Assembly: GCF_018350175.1 (NCBI RefSeq)
Contig: NC_058368.1
Coordinates: 170,874,001 to 170,938,000, forward strand
DNA: 64,000 nucleotides
Direction of reading: 5' to 3'
From: Felis catus
Taxonomy: Eukaryota
Below are positions 1 to 11,920 of this stretch, in pieces. Under the pieces are notes generated by a model, which did not search any database, was not told the DNA's origin, and saw nothing but the letters and a program-made list of their open reading frames with translations. Position 1 is the first letter of the stretch; each line of letters opens with the position of its first letter. Both the position numbers and the translations under genes were made by a program.

Positions 1-214
1 TGACCTTGGGCTTGTTATCTAATCTCTCTACTTCAGTTTTCTTTTCTGGGATGATACAGTACCTCTGTCTAGATTATTGTGAGACTTAAGGATATATAAT
101 GCATGTTAACTAACTACCGTCAACTAACTCCATAACAGTTCCTTTACTTTCTTTTCATCTCTAATGAAAATTAAGTGGATAAGAGCATTAGCTGTGATAT
201 TCCTTCGTTCGGCT

Positions 215-595
215 AATTTTTTTAAGTTTATTTATTTTGAAAGACAGCCAGATGTCTTTCTGGCAGAGCCAGATGTGGGGCTCAAACCCACAAAACTGCG
301 AGATCATGAACCTGAGCCAAAACCTAGAGCTGGATGCTCAACCAATTGAGCCACGCAGGCACTCCTCAGCCAATTTTTTCTTAATTAATTTATTTTATTT
401 TGAGAGAGAGAGAGAGAGAGAGCGCGCGCACACGTGCACAAGTGGGGGAGGGGCAGAGAGAGAGAGAATCCCAAGCAGGCTCCACATTGTCAGCGCAGAG
501 CCTGATGCAGGGCTTGAACTCATGGATCGTGAGATCATGACCTGAGCTGACATCAAGAGTTGGATGCTTAACTGACTGAGCCACCCAGGCACCCC
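215..595 (-). mobile_element. Two tandem antisense Can-SINEs (about 215-365 and 374-595)
   Basis: Two T-rich tails and two gagccac...ggcac heads; (GA)n in the second copy. Confidence 0.8.
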
Positions 596-2184
596 CATCC
601 AGCTAAGTCTTACCTTTGAGCTAATAAATTTATGAAACTTCAGAACTAACAGAGTCCTTGAGTACCACAGCTGTGTACTTACCAGAAGAACCTGCATCTG
701 TTCTGGTAACAGCAGGGGAACAGTGCCAACACATGGTGGAGTCAGGTTGTGAGGGGAGCTGTCGGATCAAGGCAAGGCTTTGGGTTTGAATCTTGGCAGG
801 ATCACCGGGTCTCTCTGACCTTCAGCAAGTTTAACAATTCAGTGCATCGGTATCTTCAGATGTAAAGATTAATGCTGACATGTGGAATTTGGGGCAACAT
901 TCTGAATTTCAGTAAATTCTTTGTATTTTCATGAGGATGAGGATGGTAATGATGAGGAGGAGGAAAAAGACCATTGAAAAACGGGAGGGAAATAATATTG
1001 TGAATTGTTGCTAAAGATTAGGTGCCATTTACATAAAATTATTAGGACACGTATCCCACAGGTTATAGGGGGACTGAAATCAGATTTTTACTTCCTTCTG
1101 CACATTCATTTTCCTTAACCACCTGTGCCTCCCACCACCTCCTCTCAGAGTTTTAGCCCAAACAACCTCACATCTCTACCCTCTACAAATTTTGTCTCTT
1201 ACCCCAAACACACATTTCTTTGCAAATTTTACAGAAAAGAAGTAAAAGGAGAACCAGGTATGTGTTCTTCGTTTGAGTTGCTGCCTGATTTGTGTTAGCC
1301 CGTGTTCAGTTCTTCTTACCTTATCAGAGTTAGGAAGACCTTAGGCCTATGACACCAAAAGCCCCTCATTTGCCACACGCGCAGACTGAAGGCCAGGGGC
1401 GTTGATGGACTGCCATCGAGGCGCTGTGGTAGAGTAGCTACAAAATGAGCTCTGAGGTAAGACAGACCTGAGTTTGCACACAGCCTCCACCAATTACAAG
1501 TTGTCTGACCTTAGGTAAGGCACTACATCTTTCTGAGCTTCCTCTCATCCCTCATTTATGAATTGGAGCTAATAGTTCCAAGTTGATAAGGTCATGGAAA
1601 GAATTATATGAATTTTGAAACATTTTTATATGCACATAAGAGTGTATTTACAAAGGAATGAAGGTGGAAATGAGATCATATAAGAAAAGGGCTAGGAGAA
1701 TGTCCACAGGGACTCAGTTAGCATGTGGGTCTTTGTCTAGGGTCACAAAAGTAGGTAAGAGATGTAACTGGGCTTGAACATGCCTCCTAACTCCAAATAG
1801 TCTCTGTCTCATTCCAGGTCACCCCTTCTGAGCCCAGGGCCAGAGATTATTTTGGTTGTTGATCTCCCTGGCGGTTTATTATCTGCTCATCCTCAGGGGT
1901 CAACCTCCAGAATGGTCTGCCATGGGTTGAATTCAGTCCTTTAAACAAATCATGCCCCTAAACCACTAACACCTTTGCTTTGATTCTAAATAGGCTTTTA
2001 CTCCAGCACTTGGCTTATTCCTTCAAAACCCTGAAGGTATAGAAAGAATGAACTTTACCATAGAGTCATGGGATAAGAGTAAGGACTATGGTACTGTCCC
2101 TTTGATGCCATTTAATCCCCATAGAAAACATGATGGATGCACGTTGATACTATCTCCACTGAGATACAACAAATTCTGAATTCT

Positions 2185-2398
2185 TTTTTTTTTAAACGTT
2201 TTTATTTATTTTTGAGACAGAGAGAGATAGAGCATGAACGGGGGAGGGTCAGAAAGAGAGGGAGACACAGAATCTGAAACAGGCTCCAGGCTCTGAGCTG
2301 TCAGCACAGAGCCCGATGCGGGGCTCAAACCCACAAACTGCGAGATCGTGACCTGAGCTGAAGTCGGACACTTAGCCGACTGAGCCACCCAGGCGCCC
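2185..2398 (-). mobile_element. SINEC_Fc-type SINE
   Basis: Full tRNA-derived head, CT/GA tract and tail; TSD caacaa(a/g)ttctgaattct at 2167-2184 and 2399-2416. Confidence 0.93.
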
Positions 2399-2746
2399 CA
2401 ACAAGTTCTGAATTCTAAGTGGTATGAAGTACAGCCTAGAATTACTCAGATGCTGGTTCTCCTTCAGACAGCTTCCAGTCCACAGGCAAGCCAGGACCTG
2501 TTTCTTTAACCTCCCTTGGAAAACTGTCTGCAAGTTTAGGCTCTTAGCTGGTGCACACCACTGTCTTCTCAGACCCCCTCAGCCGCTGCTACCTGAAGCT
2601 ATCAGTACAGTGACTACTGACGGCTTAAAAGCTTTTTTTTTTTAATGTATATTTCATGGTATTGCTAGGAAAATAGAAGTTCACAAGCTGAGGGGCAAGC
2701 CATAAAAAAATCTCCCTAAGAAATCTATGGTTCTTTATCATTTCAG

Positions 2747-2899
2747 GTTAGAAAATTAATTGTTTTGGATCCTAAGAAACGGCTGACTACTTTCCAAGCT
2801 CTCCAGCACCCATGGGTCACAGGCAAAGCAGCTAATTTTGTACACATGGATACTGCTCAAAAGAAGCTCCAAGAATTCAATGCCCGACGCAAGCTTAAG
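2747..2899 (+). CDS. CAMK4: CAMK4 penultimate coding exon (end of kinase domain, autoinhibitory region, start of calmodulin-binding region)
   Basis: Acceptor tttcag| at 2746 and donor |gtaaga at 2900; 153 nt, phase 0-0. Translates VRKLIVLDPKKRLTTFQALQHPWVTGKAANFVHMDTAQKKLQEFNARRKLK, recognised as CaMKIV. Confidence 0.97.
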
Positions 2900-3091
2900 G
2901 TAAGATTTGTAGATTTGTTCTGTTAAAAAAAAAAAATCTCTCTCTTAGCTTCAACTATTAAAGATAATTCCACTATTCTTCATCTAATAATATTATTTAT
3001 CTCCTATGGTACCAGGGAAAATCCTGCTTTGAAATCCCAACAATGTAAAGCCACTGACAGTCATGCTATTCTCTCTTAAGAATTCATTATT

Positions 3092-3338
3092 GGGGCACCT
3101 GGGTGGCTCAGTCAGTTAAGTGTCCAACTTCAGCTCAGGTCATGATCTCGCAGTCCATGAGTTCAAGCCCTGTGTCGGGCTCTTAGCTGATAGCTCAGAG
3201 CCTGGAGCCTGCTTCAGATTCTGTGTCTCCCTCTTTCTCTGTCCCTTCCCCACTCATGCGCTCTCTCTCTCTCTATCTCTCTCTCTCTCTCTCTCTCTCC
3301 CCCCCCCTCAGAAATAAATAAGCATTAAAAATTTTTTA
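3092..3338 (+). mobile_element. SINEC_Fc-type SINE
   Basis: ggggcacctgggtggctcagtc head, (CT)n, AATAAA tail; TSD aagaattcattatt at 3078-3091 and 3339-3352. Confidence 0.93.
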
Positions 3339-3564
3339 AAGAATTCATTATTAATAAAGGGAAATGTGTTATATGTTGAGATTTACTCACCAAACACATT
3401 ATCACTGCTACTCATTTAATTGTGACTGAACTGCTTAAACAGCATTGCTCAGGAAACTGGTACGTATTCAGAAAGTTTTCTTTCTGAATATGTGAAAATT
3501 GGGAAACTTTTAAAAACTATAATGTAATGTAGATAAACTACAATACTTCGTAAAAATTAAAATA

Positions 3565-3922
3565 CAATTAACCTTTGAACAATCCTGGGTTTAGGGGCAC
3601 CAACCCCTCAACACAGTTGATCTACCTATAACTTTTGGCTCCCCCAAAACTTAATCACTAATAGCCTACTGTTGACTGGTAGCCTTAGAGATAACAGTCA
3701 ATTAATGCATAGTTTTTATGTTCAATGTTTTATGTACTATATCCTTACAATAATACCTAATTTTTTCTTAACATTTTGGGTATTTCTAGGCTACATACTT
3801 CATCTGTGAGTTTTTTCAAATTGTTGAAAATCTCTAAAAAACTTTTCAATGTATCTATTGAAAAAAATCTGCATGTAAATGGACCCTTGCAATTCAAACG
3901 CATGTTGTTCAAGTGTCAACTG
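3565..3922. mobile_element. Non-autonomous Tigger2-type (TcMar) DNA transposon
   Basis: Terminal inverted repeats caattaacctttgaacaa / ttgttcaagtgtcaactg (14/18 match) flanked by TA on both sides. Confidence 0.8.
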
Positions 3923-4506
3923 TAATTCATGTGATACAGAAAACTGTCCAAAATATATCTTTTTATAGAATATACATAGAAGATATATTAGATGCTTTTC
4001 TCTTACATAATGGTGTTTAGGACTGACTGTATATCCAGAGAATTTCAGAGAACAGCTGAAGGTCAAAAATAACGTTCAATTCAGCCATCACTTACAGGCT
4101 GATAAAGACTAAATGAACCTTAAGGGCTCTGTGGTCAAATTGATCTGAAATACTATGGATTAAATAACCTTGACTGAACCCAGGACTTCTCAAACAAACC
4201 TAACCATGGAATTCTTTTGTCACATAATACTAGTGTTCCATGAAACAAATACTTTAGGAAACAAAGTCCAAAATATTTGAAACCAGGTTATCCATGGGCA
4301 AACATATTTACTCAAGCTTTCACTGGTCCAGATGATTAAATACTCTAGCTTGGGATTAAAGAGATTTTTCTGTTTATGCTCCAAACAAGTTTTCATTCAA
4401 CCATCTTGGAATAATAAATATGTCTGGGACATGCAAAGCTGAGATGGAGCTCTGATTGGGGATTTTAAGTGCAGGTGACACCTGACACTTCTCTGTTTCT
4501 AATCAG

Positions 4507-4947
4507 GCAGCAGTGAAGGCCGTGGTGGCCTCTTCCCGGCTGGGAAGCGCCAGCAGCAGCCACAGCAGCATCCAAGAGAGCCAGAAGGCCGGCCAGGCAC
4601 CTTCTTCGATTCAGGATGGCAGTGAAGATGTTAAAGCTATCTCAGAAGGAGCGGAAGTTCAAGGAAGTGGGGCCCCAGTGGCAGTTGAGCGAGCAGAGGC
4701 TGAGCTGATGACGGTACAGGCCGTAGAAGAAGTTAAAGATGCTGATATAAGTGCTGCCAAGGCCGCCAGTGCGGTGCCCAAAGCACTAGAAGATGGGACA
4801 AAGGTGGCTGACCCGGAAATCGAGGAGGGCCTAGTAGAGGAGAAGCTGAAGACCTCGGAGGAAGCAGCAGCCTCCAAACAAGAGCAAGAAAACCCGGCTG
4901 TGGTATTTGGAGCTCAGCAGAATGATGTGATCCTGCCAGAGTACTGA
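4507..4947 (+). CDS. CAMK4: CAMK4 last coding exon (rest of calmodulin-binding helix and acidic C-terminal tail)
   Basis: Acceptor tttctaatcag| at 4506. Translates AAVKAVVASSRLGSASSSH...QQNDVILPEY* (146 aa), in frame with the previous exon; C-terminus DVILPEY is typical of CaMKIV. Confidence 0.97.
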   Translation, partial: AAVKAVVASSRLGSASSSHSSIQESQKAGQAPSSIQDGSEDVKAISEGAEVQGSGAPVAVERAEAELMTVQAVEEVKDADISAAKAASAVPKALEDGTKVADPEIEEGLVEEKLKTSEEAAASKQEQENPAVVFGAQQNDVILPEY

Positions 4948-5849
4948 TTTGGCTTCTTTCCAGTCGGGAGGCCAAATGCGGGCACTTTGTATGTTTTGTC
5001 CTTCAGCAAGGAAGATGTGGAAGCATGATCTGCATTATAGTGATTCTGTTTTTTGAGGTGCAAAAAAAATACATATATATCAGTTGGTAATCCTAACTTC
5101 ATGCATGTGACTGCTTTATGAAAAAATAGTGTCTTCTGTGGTACGTAATGGATACCTAATGCTGATGAGTTAAATTTGAAATTTTGAGTAAACAACATAC
5201 ATTTTAAAAACATACATTTTCAGGGACCAGTAGCATACATTTGAAGTAACTAGTAACACATTGTTTTTGCTTTGAAAACCTAGCCATCATACATCCTTTG
5301 GATTTCTTCACAAGGCAGTAATTCCTTTGGACTGTTGCTCAATATTAGGTAATGCTAGGAGACATGTTCCCATGGCATTCACATTATACTTTTCAGTGTG
5401 TTCAAACTGTTTACAAGGAGATGGTTATAGGGTGCAGTTTTATGGTACATATAAAAAATCCCACTTACAATGGTAAGAAGTTGAAGCATACTTAAGGGCC
5501 ATGAAACAAAATGCCCTTAAAGCTTGTGTAGCAAATGCTTTCTAATTTTGTCCTTATTTATACACACTATATTACTAATAACCAAAAATGTTCTATCACA
5601 AAATCCTGCCATTTTACAATCCTGGAGAAAGTATTTTACAGACTCCTGCTGAGAGATATATCCCTTCCTTCCCATGCTAATACAGTTTCTTTCTCATGGA
5701 CAACACTTAAGGTAGGCTAAAGAAACTGAGGGAAGAGAAGGAGCTAAGGCCTAGACCTAAACTAGCAAAGGTTGACTGCTTGTCATTTTCAGATACAATT
5801 GGATTTATTCATGAGTTTGTACAACTTTAAAGACCGTGACATTTTTATG

Positions 5850-5855
5850 AATAAA
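5850..5855 (+). terminator. Candidate proximal CAMK4 polyadenylation signal (AATAAA)
   Basis: AATAAA ~900 nt after the stop codon, with TGTA upstream and T-rich sequence downstream; motif evidence only. Confidence 0.35.
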
Positions 5856-7562
5856 CTCTGTATTTACCGAGTTTCAAATATTCAGAAAAATCTACCCCAC
5901 AGGCTGGTGCCAAAATGTCTGAATAGAGTGAGAATAATATTCCATTATAAGATCATCCACTTTACTAGAGTAAGCAAACTTTTGTTTATGAAAGTCCTTT
6001 TTCCCTTCAGTTGATGATGAACTAGATATATTGCTTATGAACTAAAGATATTTCAGAAAATCTGGTATATCTTTTTCTCATACTTGGAATAGAAGTGCCC
6101 ACATCTTACAATGTAGTTTTTTAGTTTCCATGCCAAGAAATTTAGGACAGTGCAACATTTTATTTGCCTTAAAAAACAAAAACAAAAAGAAACAAAGAAA
6201 AAGCACTGATTTCAAATCAGACTCACAAGAAGCTATAACATTAGACCTAATACTTCATTATGATTTTTTTTCAAAGTATTTTTCTTTGATTTTTCATATG
6301 AACACTTTTCCCTTATAGAAACCACACCTAAATTCCAAGTACCTCATATTTCTTTCTAGTTTGAGATGAAGTGAACATTTTTATCAAATTATGCATCACA
6401 AATAGGTTTCCTCAGTTTTAAAAAAGGATTATTTTCAGAGACCAAAATATGGACAGTAAAAATGACTGTCACATAAAAATCTTCACCGAAAAAAGATCTT
6501 AAATTCTTTTGGCTCTTCCTCAAAACTGTCAAATTGGAAAATGAAATTAAATCTCTGGTTCCTGCGGGCTCCCGGACCTTGGTAGATATTCTGCTTTCCA
6601 AGCGCAAACCTTCCTTTACTACTGTTGTCATAAGAAGAAAAGGTAGGACTTCTCATCGTCCGTGGTTTAAGGGCCTGATGGGTCACCGACATGGACAGAG
6701 GAAAAAGCCCTTAAAGAGCACATCATCTGGGCTCAGAAGATTATTTTTTGTTTTAGCTAGTTGAGAGTACTTATTTTCTCCTGTTTCTTTCCTTCCTTCT
6801 TTATTCTCTCAGAATTTCCAGGTTAGTAATTATAAAGGGCTCACTCTTTTTAATCTTTAAGAACGCCTTCTTCACTAAGCATTAACATTTCCATTTAAGA
6901 AGATCAATTGCCCGGTGTGCTTTTCCTAATGAGACTTAACAGGCAGATAGGGTCGTTGTCCCATATACTGGAAAAGGAAAGAAGAGAGGGAAATGGATCT
7001 TACTGGACAGTGGCATTGTTGGAACATCATTAGGCGTTGCCCTTCCGGGCCCCGTCCACCCCCACAGTGTTCCGAGGGAGGGCAGTCATTCTCTGATCCA
7101 TCAGTCAGGCTGACTGCGCTGCCTGTGGCCTGTGTTAACAGGAGCTCCAGCAGTAGCGGATGCGAAAGGCTAGTGTGTGTTTAAGAATTTACCCATTTAA
7201 ATGAGTACCCATGCCTTTTCCTTGGTGAGTACTTGAGCACCTGAGGGTGATTTCCTCTGTTTTTTTTTTTTTTTTTTTAACCTGTAAATTGCACTTTCTA
7301 AAGATGAACGGGAGTCTTAAATTTTGACTGTAAAAGATGAAGTCCTGATGATGCCAAAATAGTGACTAACTTTGTCATTTCAATGCAAAAACAAGTCAGG
7401 CTTTCACAAAAATTGGTCATTTCAGCCAAACGATTCAATCTAAGATTTAACAGAAATACAATCTGTTAGGATAATTAGATTAACCATTTTGAAAGAACAA
7501 CAAACATTTATCTTCTTTATTTAAAAGAGATCTGTTATCTATCTCAAAGATTAACTTAGCTA

Positions 7563-7774
7563 GGGGCGCCTGGGTGGCTTAGTCCATTAAGCATCTGACT
7601 TCAGCTCAGGTCATGATCTCATGTTCATGAGTTCTAGCCCCACATTGGACTCTGCTGACAGCTGAGAGCCTGGAGCCTGTTTTGAATTCTGTGTCTCCCT
7701 CTCTTTCTGCCCCTTCCCTGCTCATGCTCTCTCTCTCTCAAAAGTAAACATTAAAAAAAACAACAACAACCCCA
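7563..7774 (+). mobile_element. SINEC_Fc-type SINE in the putative CAMK4 3' UTR
   Basis: Typical head and tail with (CAA)n; TSD caaagatta(a)cttagct. Confidence 0.9.
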
Positions 7775-8251
7775 CAAAGATTACTTAGCTCAATAATGGT
7801 AGACTGTTGTAGAGAGAGCCATAATTTGACAAACTCTTTCATAATGTTACCTTTAATTAAGACAATATAGTCACAAAGCAAAAACATTAAGGTTATTTTA
7901 GCACAGAACAATAAATTCTGTTTTGCATTTTAGAGCTGACAGTTAATACATTATTGATTTTTGTTTCTCAAATAAGTTCAGATACATAGCATGAACTAGA
8001 CTATTTTACCATGAAGAATTATGGTAATTATTATTTCTCACATTTAAAAAGTCTAGTCAGAATCCCACTGGGTTTTTCAGGCTGTAAGAGCTCATTTGCC
8101 CCACAAATACATAAATAAGGGAGAAATTAGAATAACATGGTTGTAGAAGTTATCATCTAGAACAAGTGCTATAATCCCAATGTATAATCAATATGAAAAA
8201 TTATTGAGATATTTTGAATTAATTATTTTTATATTGTTTTAAAAATCAGGC

Positions 8252-8255
<4 letters not shown>

Positions 8256-8292
<37 letters not shown>
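8256..8292. repeat. (TA)n microsatellite
   Basis: Direct reading. Confidence 0.95.
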
Positions 8293-8295
<3 letters not shown>

Positions 8296-9378
8296 CACCT
8301 TTAGGACATCAAGTGCTCAATAGCCACACATGACTAGTGGCTAATGTTTTGGAACAAAACTGTTCTAGAGCACACTTCTAAAGCAAAAATGACACATGAA
8401 TTTCTATGCTTAGATTTGAGCTGCCTCAGTTTTCCATACTGATGAGTTGGTAGGAGGCCAAAAAGAAAATGTTTCCGAAATGTCACAGACCAAAATAAGT
8501 AAAAACTCTATTGGCCACATCTGCTTAATCATGTACTTCAAAGGAAGATTTCCCATCACGACTTTTAGAGAACAATGCCTTCCTGGGCATTGCAAAATTG
8601 TCTGTTTGCCACAGTCCCTCTAATCCCTCTCTGGGCCCTGGAATCTTGACTTCAGGCTCGAGTCTCATGAGTACTGCCATAACATCAACAGTATTCTTGT
8701 GTATGAAACCATGTGTCCCCACTCAGGAGGGACTACACACAGACCCTTAATAGGATTTTTTTAAGGCTAGACTGAGGTGGGCATCATTTTGTTACAGGCA
8801 ATATTTCGTTCTACAAATCACCCGAACATACTAAATTCGTGTGATGAAGATCGTTTGGGGAGGGTGAGGATATCATCCCAGTAACCCCCAAAATAAGAAT
8901 GACTGTTGGCTAGATCTTTTTAGATTTCCTCAGAACTGTTCAATCAACACTGCCATTATACATGGATTCAAAGACTTAGAATTTTTTTATATACTGCTAT
9001 TTTAGAATAGTCCTCAAAGTTCTATAGCCATGTTGAGTGGCAAACTTAAAAAAAGAAAGGAATAGTTTGCCTATTACTGTGACCTCAATTACATAGTATT
9101 TGAAACATATTTTGTAATTTAGAATATCTAGCAACCCCTATTTCCAGTTTCACATGCAAGGTAACTGTTGGTGGATTGCCTACAGACCGAAGATTTAGAG
9201 CCATTTTGTTTCATAATTCAGTTTTTATTTTACAGAAGCATCTGGTTGCATTTCAAATTAGAAAAAAAAAAAAAAGTAAATGCCAGAAAAGGCAAAGAGT
9301 AAAATTACTAAGCCATTTATTCTGTTTTAGGATTGTTCTTGCAAAGCAAATGCAAAAACAAACAAACAAACAAAAACC

Positions 9379-9379
<1 letters not shown>

Positions 9380-9451
<72 letters not shown>

Positions 9452-9460
9452 AAGAAAGAA
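9380..9460 (+). repeat. (GAAA)n tetranucleotide microsatellite, preceded by (AAAC)n
   Basis: Direct reading; explains the KERK and FFLS ORFs. Confidence 0.95.
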
Positions 9461-11694
9461 CAGAAAAACAAAAGTCAACGAAGTGAATCAGCACTCGGTT
9501 TTTCTGGATGAAGGTTGACTCCACGAAAAATTGAAATAAATATACCGAGCAGAGTCAATTACGTAATTACAATGCCATTATGTAATTTATCGTCATTGTG
9601 GAGTATAGACTGGTTATGTAGGTCTGCTTTAGATGGTGCAAAGTTTCCAGACATAATAGGATTTGTAGTATCCTTACAATCACTGTCTCTTAGGTCATAT
9701 TCCAATTTCCTCAATGTTCATCACAGATATGTTCCCGATTAGGGTCGTTGCTAACATTTGAGCATTTACTAGTTAAATACTGCTTAATGGCTAGACTGTG
9801 TGTCGCCCGTGATTTTTAAAAACATTATGTGCATGCAATTGCAATATTAATATTACAATATTCATAACTACATGATGAATAGAAATGTACCCAATAATTT
9901 TCTATACATTTTTTTCAAAGTCCTTTTCTCCCCTTGGCACAACTCAGGGTGAGTTTCTGGTTCCTTGACAAATAAGGGGGAAAAAAGACGACTGGAGAGA
10001 GATCAGCTACCCACCATGGTTACCAAGTTCATCATTTCCTCTTTCTACATTCTGATCTACTAAGGGCCAGTTTTTGTCATTATTACTCCTTTCAGATATC
10101 ACCTGAGATCAGATAATGTAATCTCAGCTCACAAAGCCCAACCATTTATATACTTACCTTGGAGAGCAATAACAAACTTGACTAATTTATGTTGGCTTGT
10201 TTAAAATTCCAATTTTCATAAATGCTTGTGATATACTCTAGAGGATTTGATTGCATGATTTTAACTTCCTTCAAGACTCAGCCTTTTCCCTGTTACCTGG
10301 CCCAGAGGTCCACCTAGGGCAAGATGGAAGCCTTGAATGAGAGCGGACCATCTGACTCCTTCACAGGAATCAGACATTGCTCAGAAGACACTAGGCGTCT
10401 GACCTGGCTGAGCTCAAATGAGCCAGATGGAAGGAAATCTCTTCCCATGCTCTGACTGAAACTGATGCTGTTTGAATACTGGTATATTGCTATTATTCAG
10501 TATGAAAAAATGGGATTCCACGAGTCAGTTACTCTTCCCTGTGTCTTGGTTTGCTACCACTTGTCCCAAATCAATGTTTTGCTTCATCCTTCTGGCCATC
10601 AGGCTGCCCTCTAGGCTTGTGAGATCTGCTAAAACCCTGGAAGGAGTATCCCAGACTGGTTGGAGAAATGTGGGGCCCTTGGTGGCCCACAATTTAGTTT
10701 GAAACTCTAAGCAGCAATGCTAAGACTACAAAGTCATGCTTGTTATTAATAGTTGTTTTCAGCACATTTTGAAGATTGACCTGGAAAACCCATGGATATG
10801 GAATATTTATATCTGTGTAATTTTTGTTGTGACTCATTGTTAAAAATGACATTTAATCTTCAGTCAGTTAAAATACTATTTTCCATTTAAAATACTATTT
10901 TGGGATATTCAAATACAATAGGCTTCACATTAGAATTTTTGAAAGCTATTGTTTTTCCCTAAGTGCTCTCACTCTGATAATCAGTTGTAGAAAAAATGTA
11001 CGAGGTTGGTCCTTTCTTTGTCCTTTCCTTGTTACATGTATAGTAGTTAATCTGGTTTGTAAAAGATACAAGTAAGTATGACTATCAGTTGAAAACTGTC
11101 ATCTTATAGCTCCTCCCTGTTAACCTGACCTATTTTATCGTCTATCATGCAGCGACTTACATTAGCATAGAGTACAAATAACATATTCACGAGTTATGAT
11201 TTTGTTTACATTTTTATTGTCCAGGTTCTTACGGTAGAATTTCCCAAGGTGTTTCTATTCATACATCCTTAGTCTCAGTATTATTTTCATGGTCTTCCCA
11301 AAGCCAAAAGAATTATCTAACATGTCCATTTATTAAGTACTTAGGTCCAAACAACATAATAGTAGTATTGCATTCCATATCTGATAGATGTTGCTGTGTT
11401 TCCCTTGAAAATTTAAAATTTCTTGTGAGTTCACTGAGTGGGAACAGCAGACGGGTTTAAAAAGGTTCAAGTAATTCCTTATGCCCAATGAACTAAGCGT
11501 ATCAGGCAAAAGATATTATTAGTAGTAAATGAGTTAGAAGCTAATGTTTATACTTTCTTATTTGAATATCGATGATCATTCTTTTATCTATGGTCTTTAT
11601 GATATACATATAAAACTTATATGTGCATTTTTTAAAAAGCAATTTCCACATAATAGCCCAAGGAAATAAATTTAAATTTCCAAAGAATAATTTT

Positions 11695-11920
11695 CAGGAA
11701 TCAGGCAAACTATGGTTCACAGACCAAATCCACCAGAAGCCTGTTTTTATAAATAAAGTTTTTATTGGAACATGACCATGCTCATTTATTTACATATTGT
11801 CTGGTTGCTTTCATGCTACTAGAACAGAGTTGAGAAGTTTCAACAGAGAGAACTGGATAGCCCGGCAAAGCGTAACATGTCTATCTGGCTCTCTACAGGA
11901 AAAAAAACCTGATGACCCTG
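11695..11920 (+). mobile_element. MER58A-like hAT-Charlie element
   Basis: Recognisable ggcaaactatgg...tttttataaataaagttttattggaaca...gttgagaagtt...tgaccctg sequence. Confidence 0.75.

Noticed and set aside
4659..4975. Antisense ORFs over the CAMK4 last exon
   Set aside because: Shadow frames of the real coding exon.
9176..9524. ORFs with KERK or FFLS repeats
   Set aside because: Translations of the (GAAA)n microsatellite.
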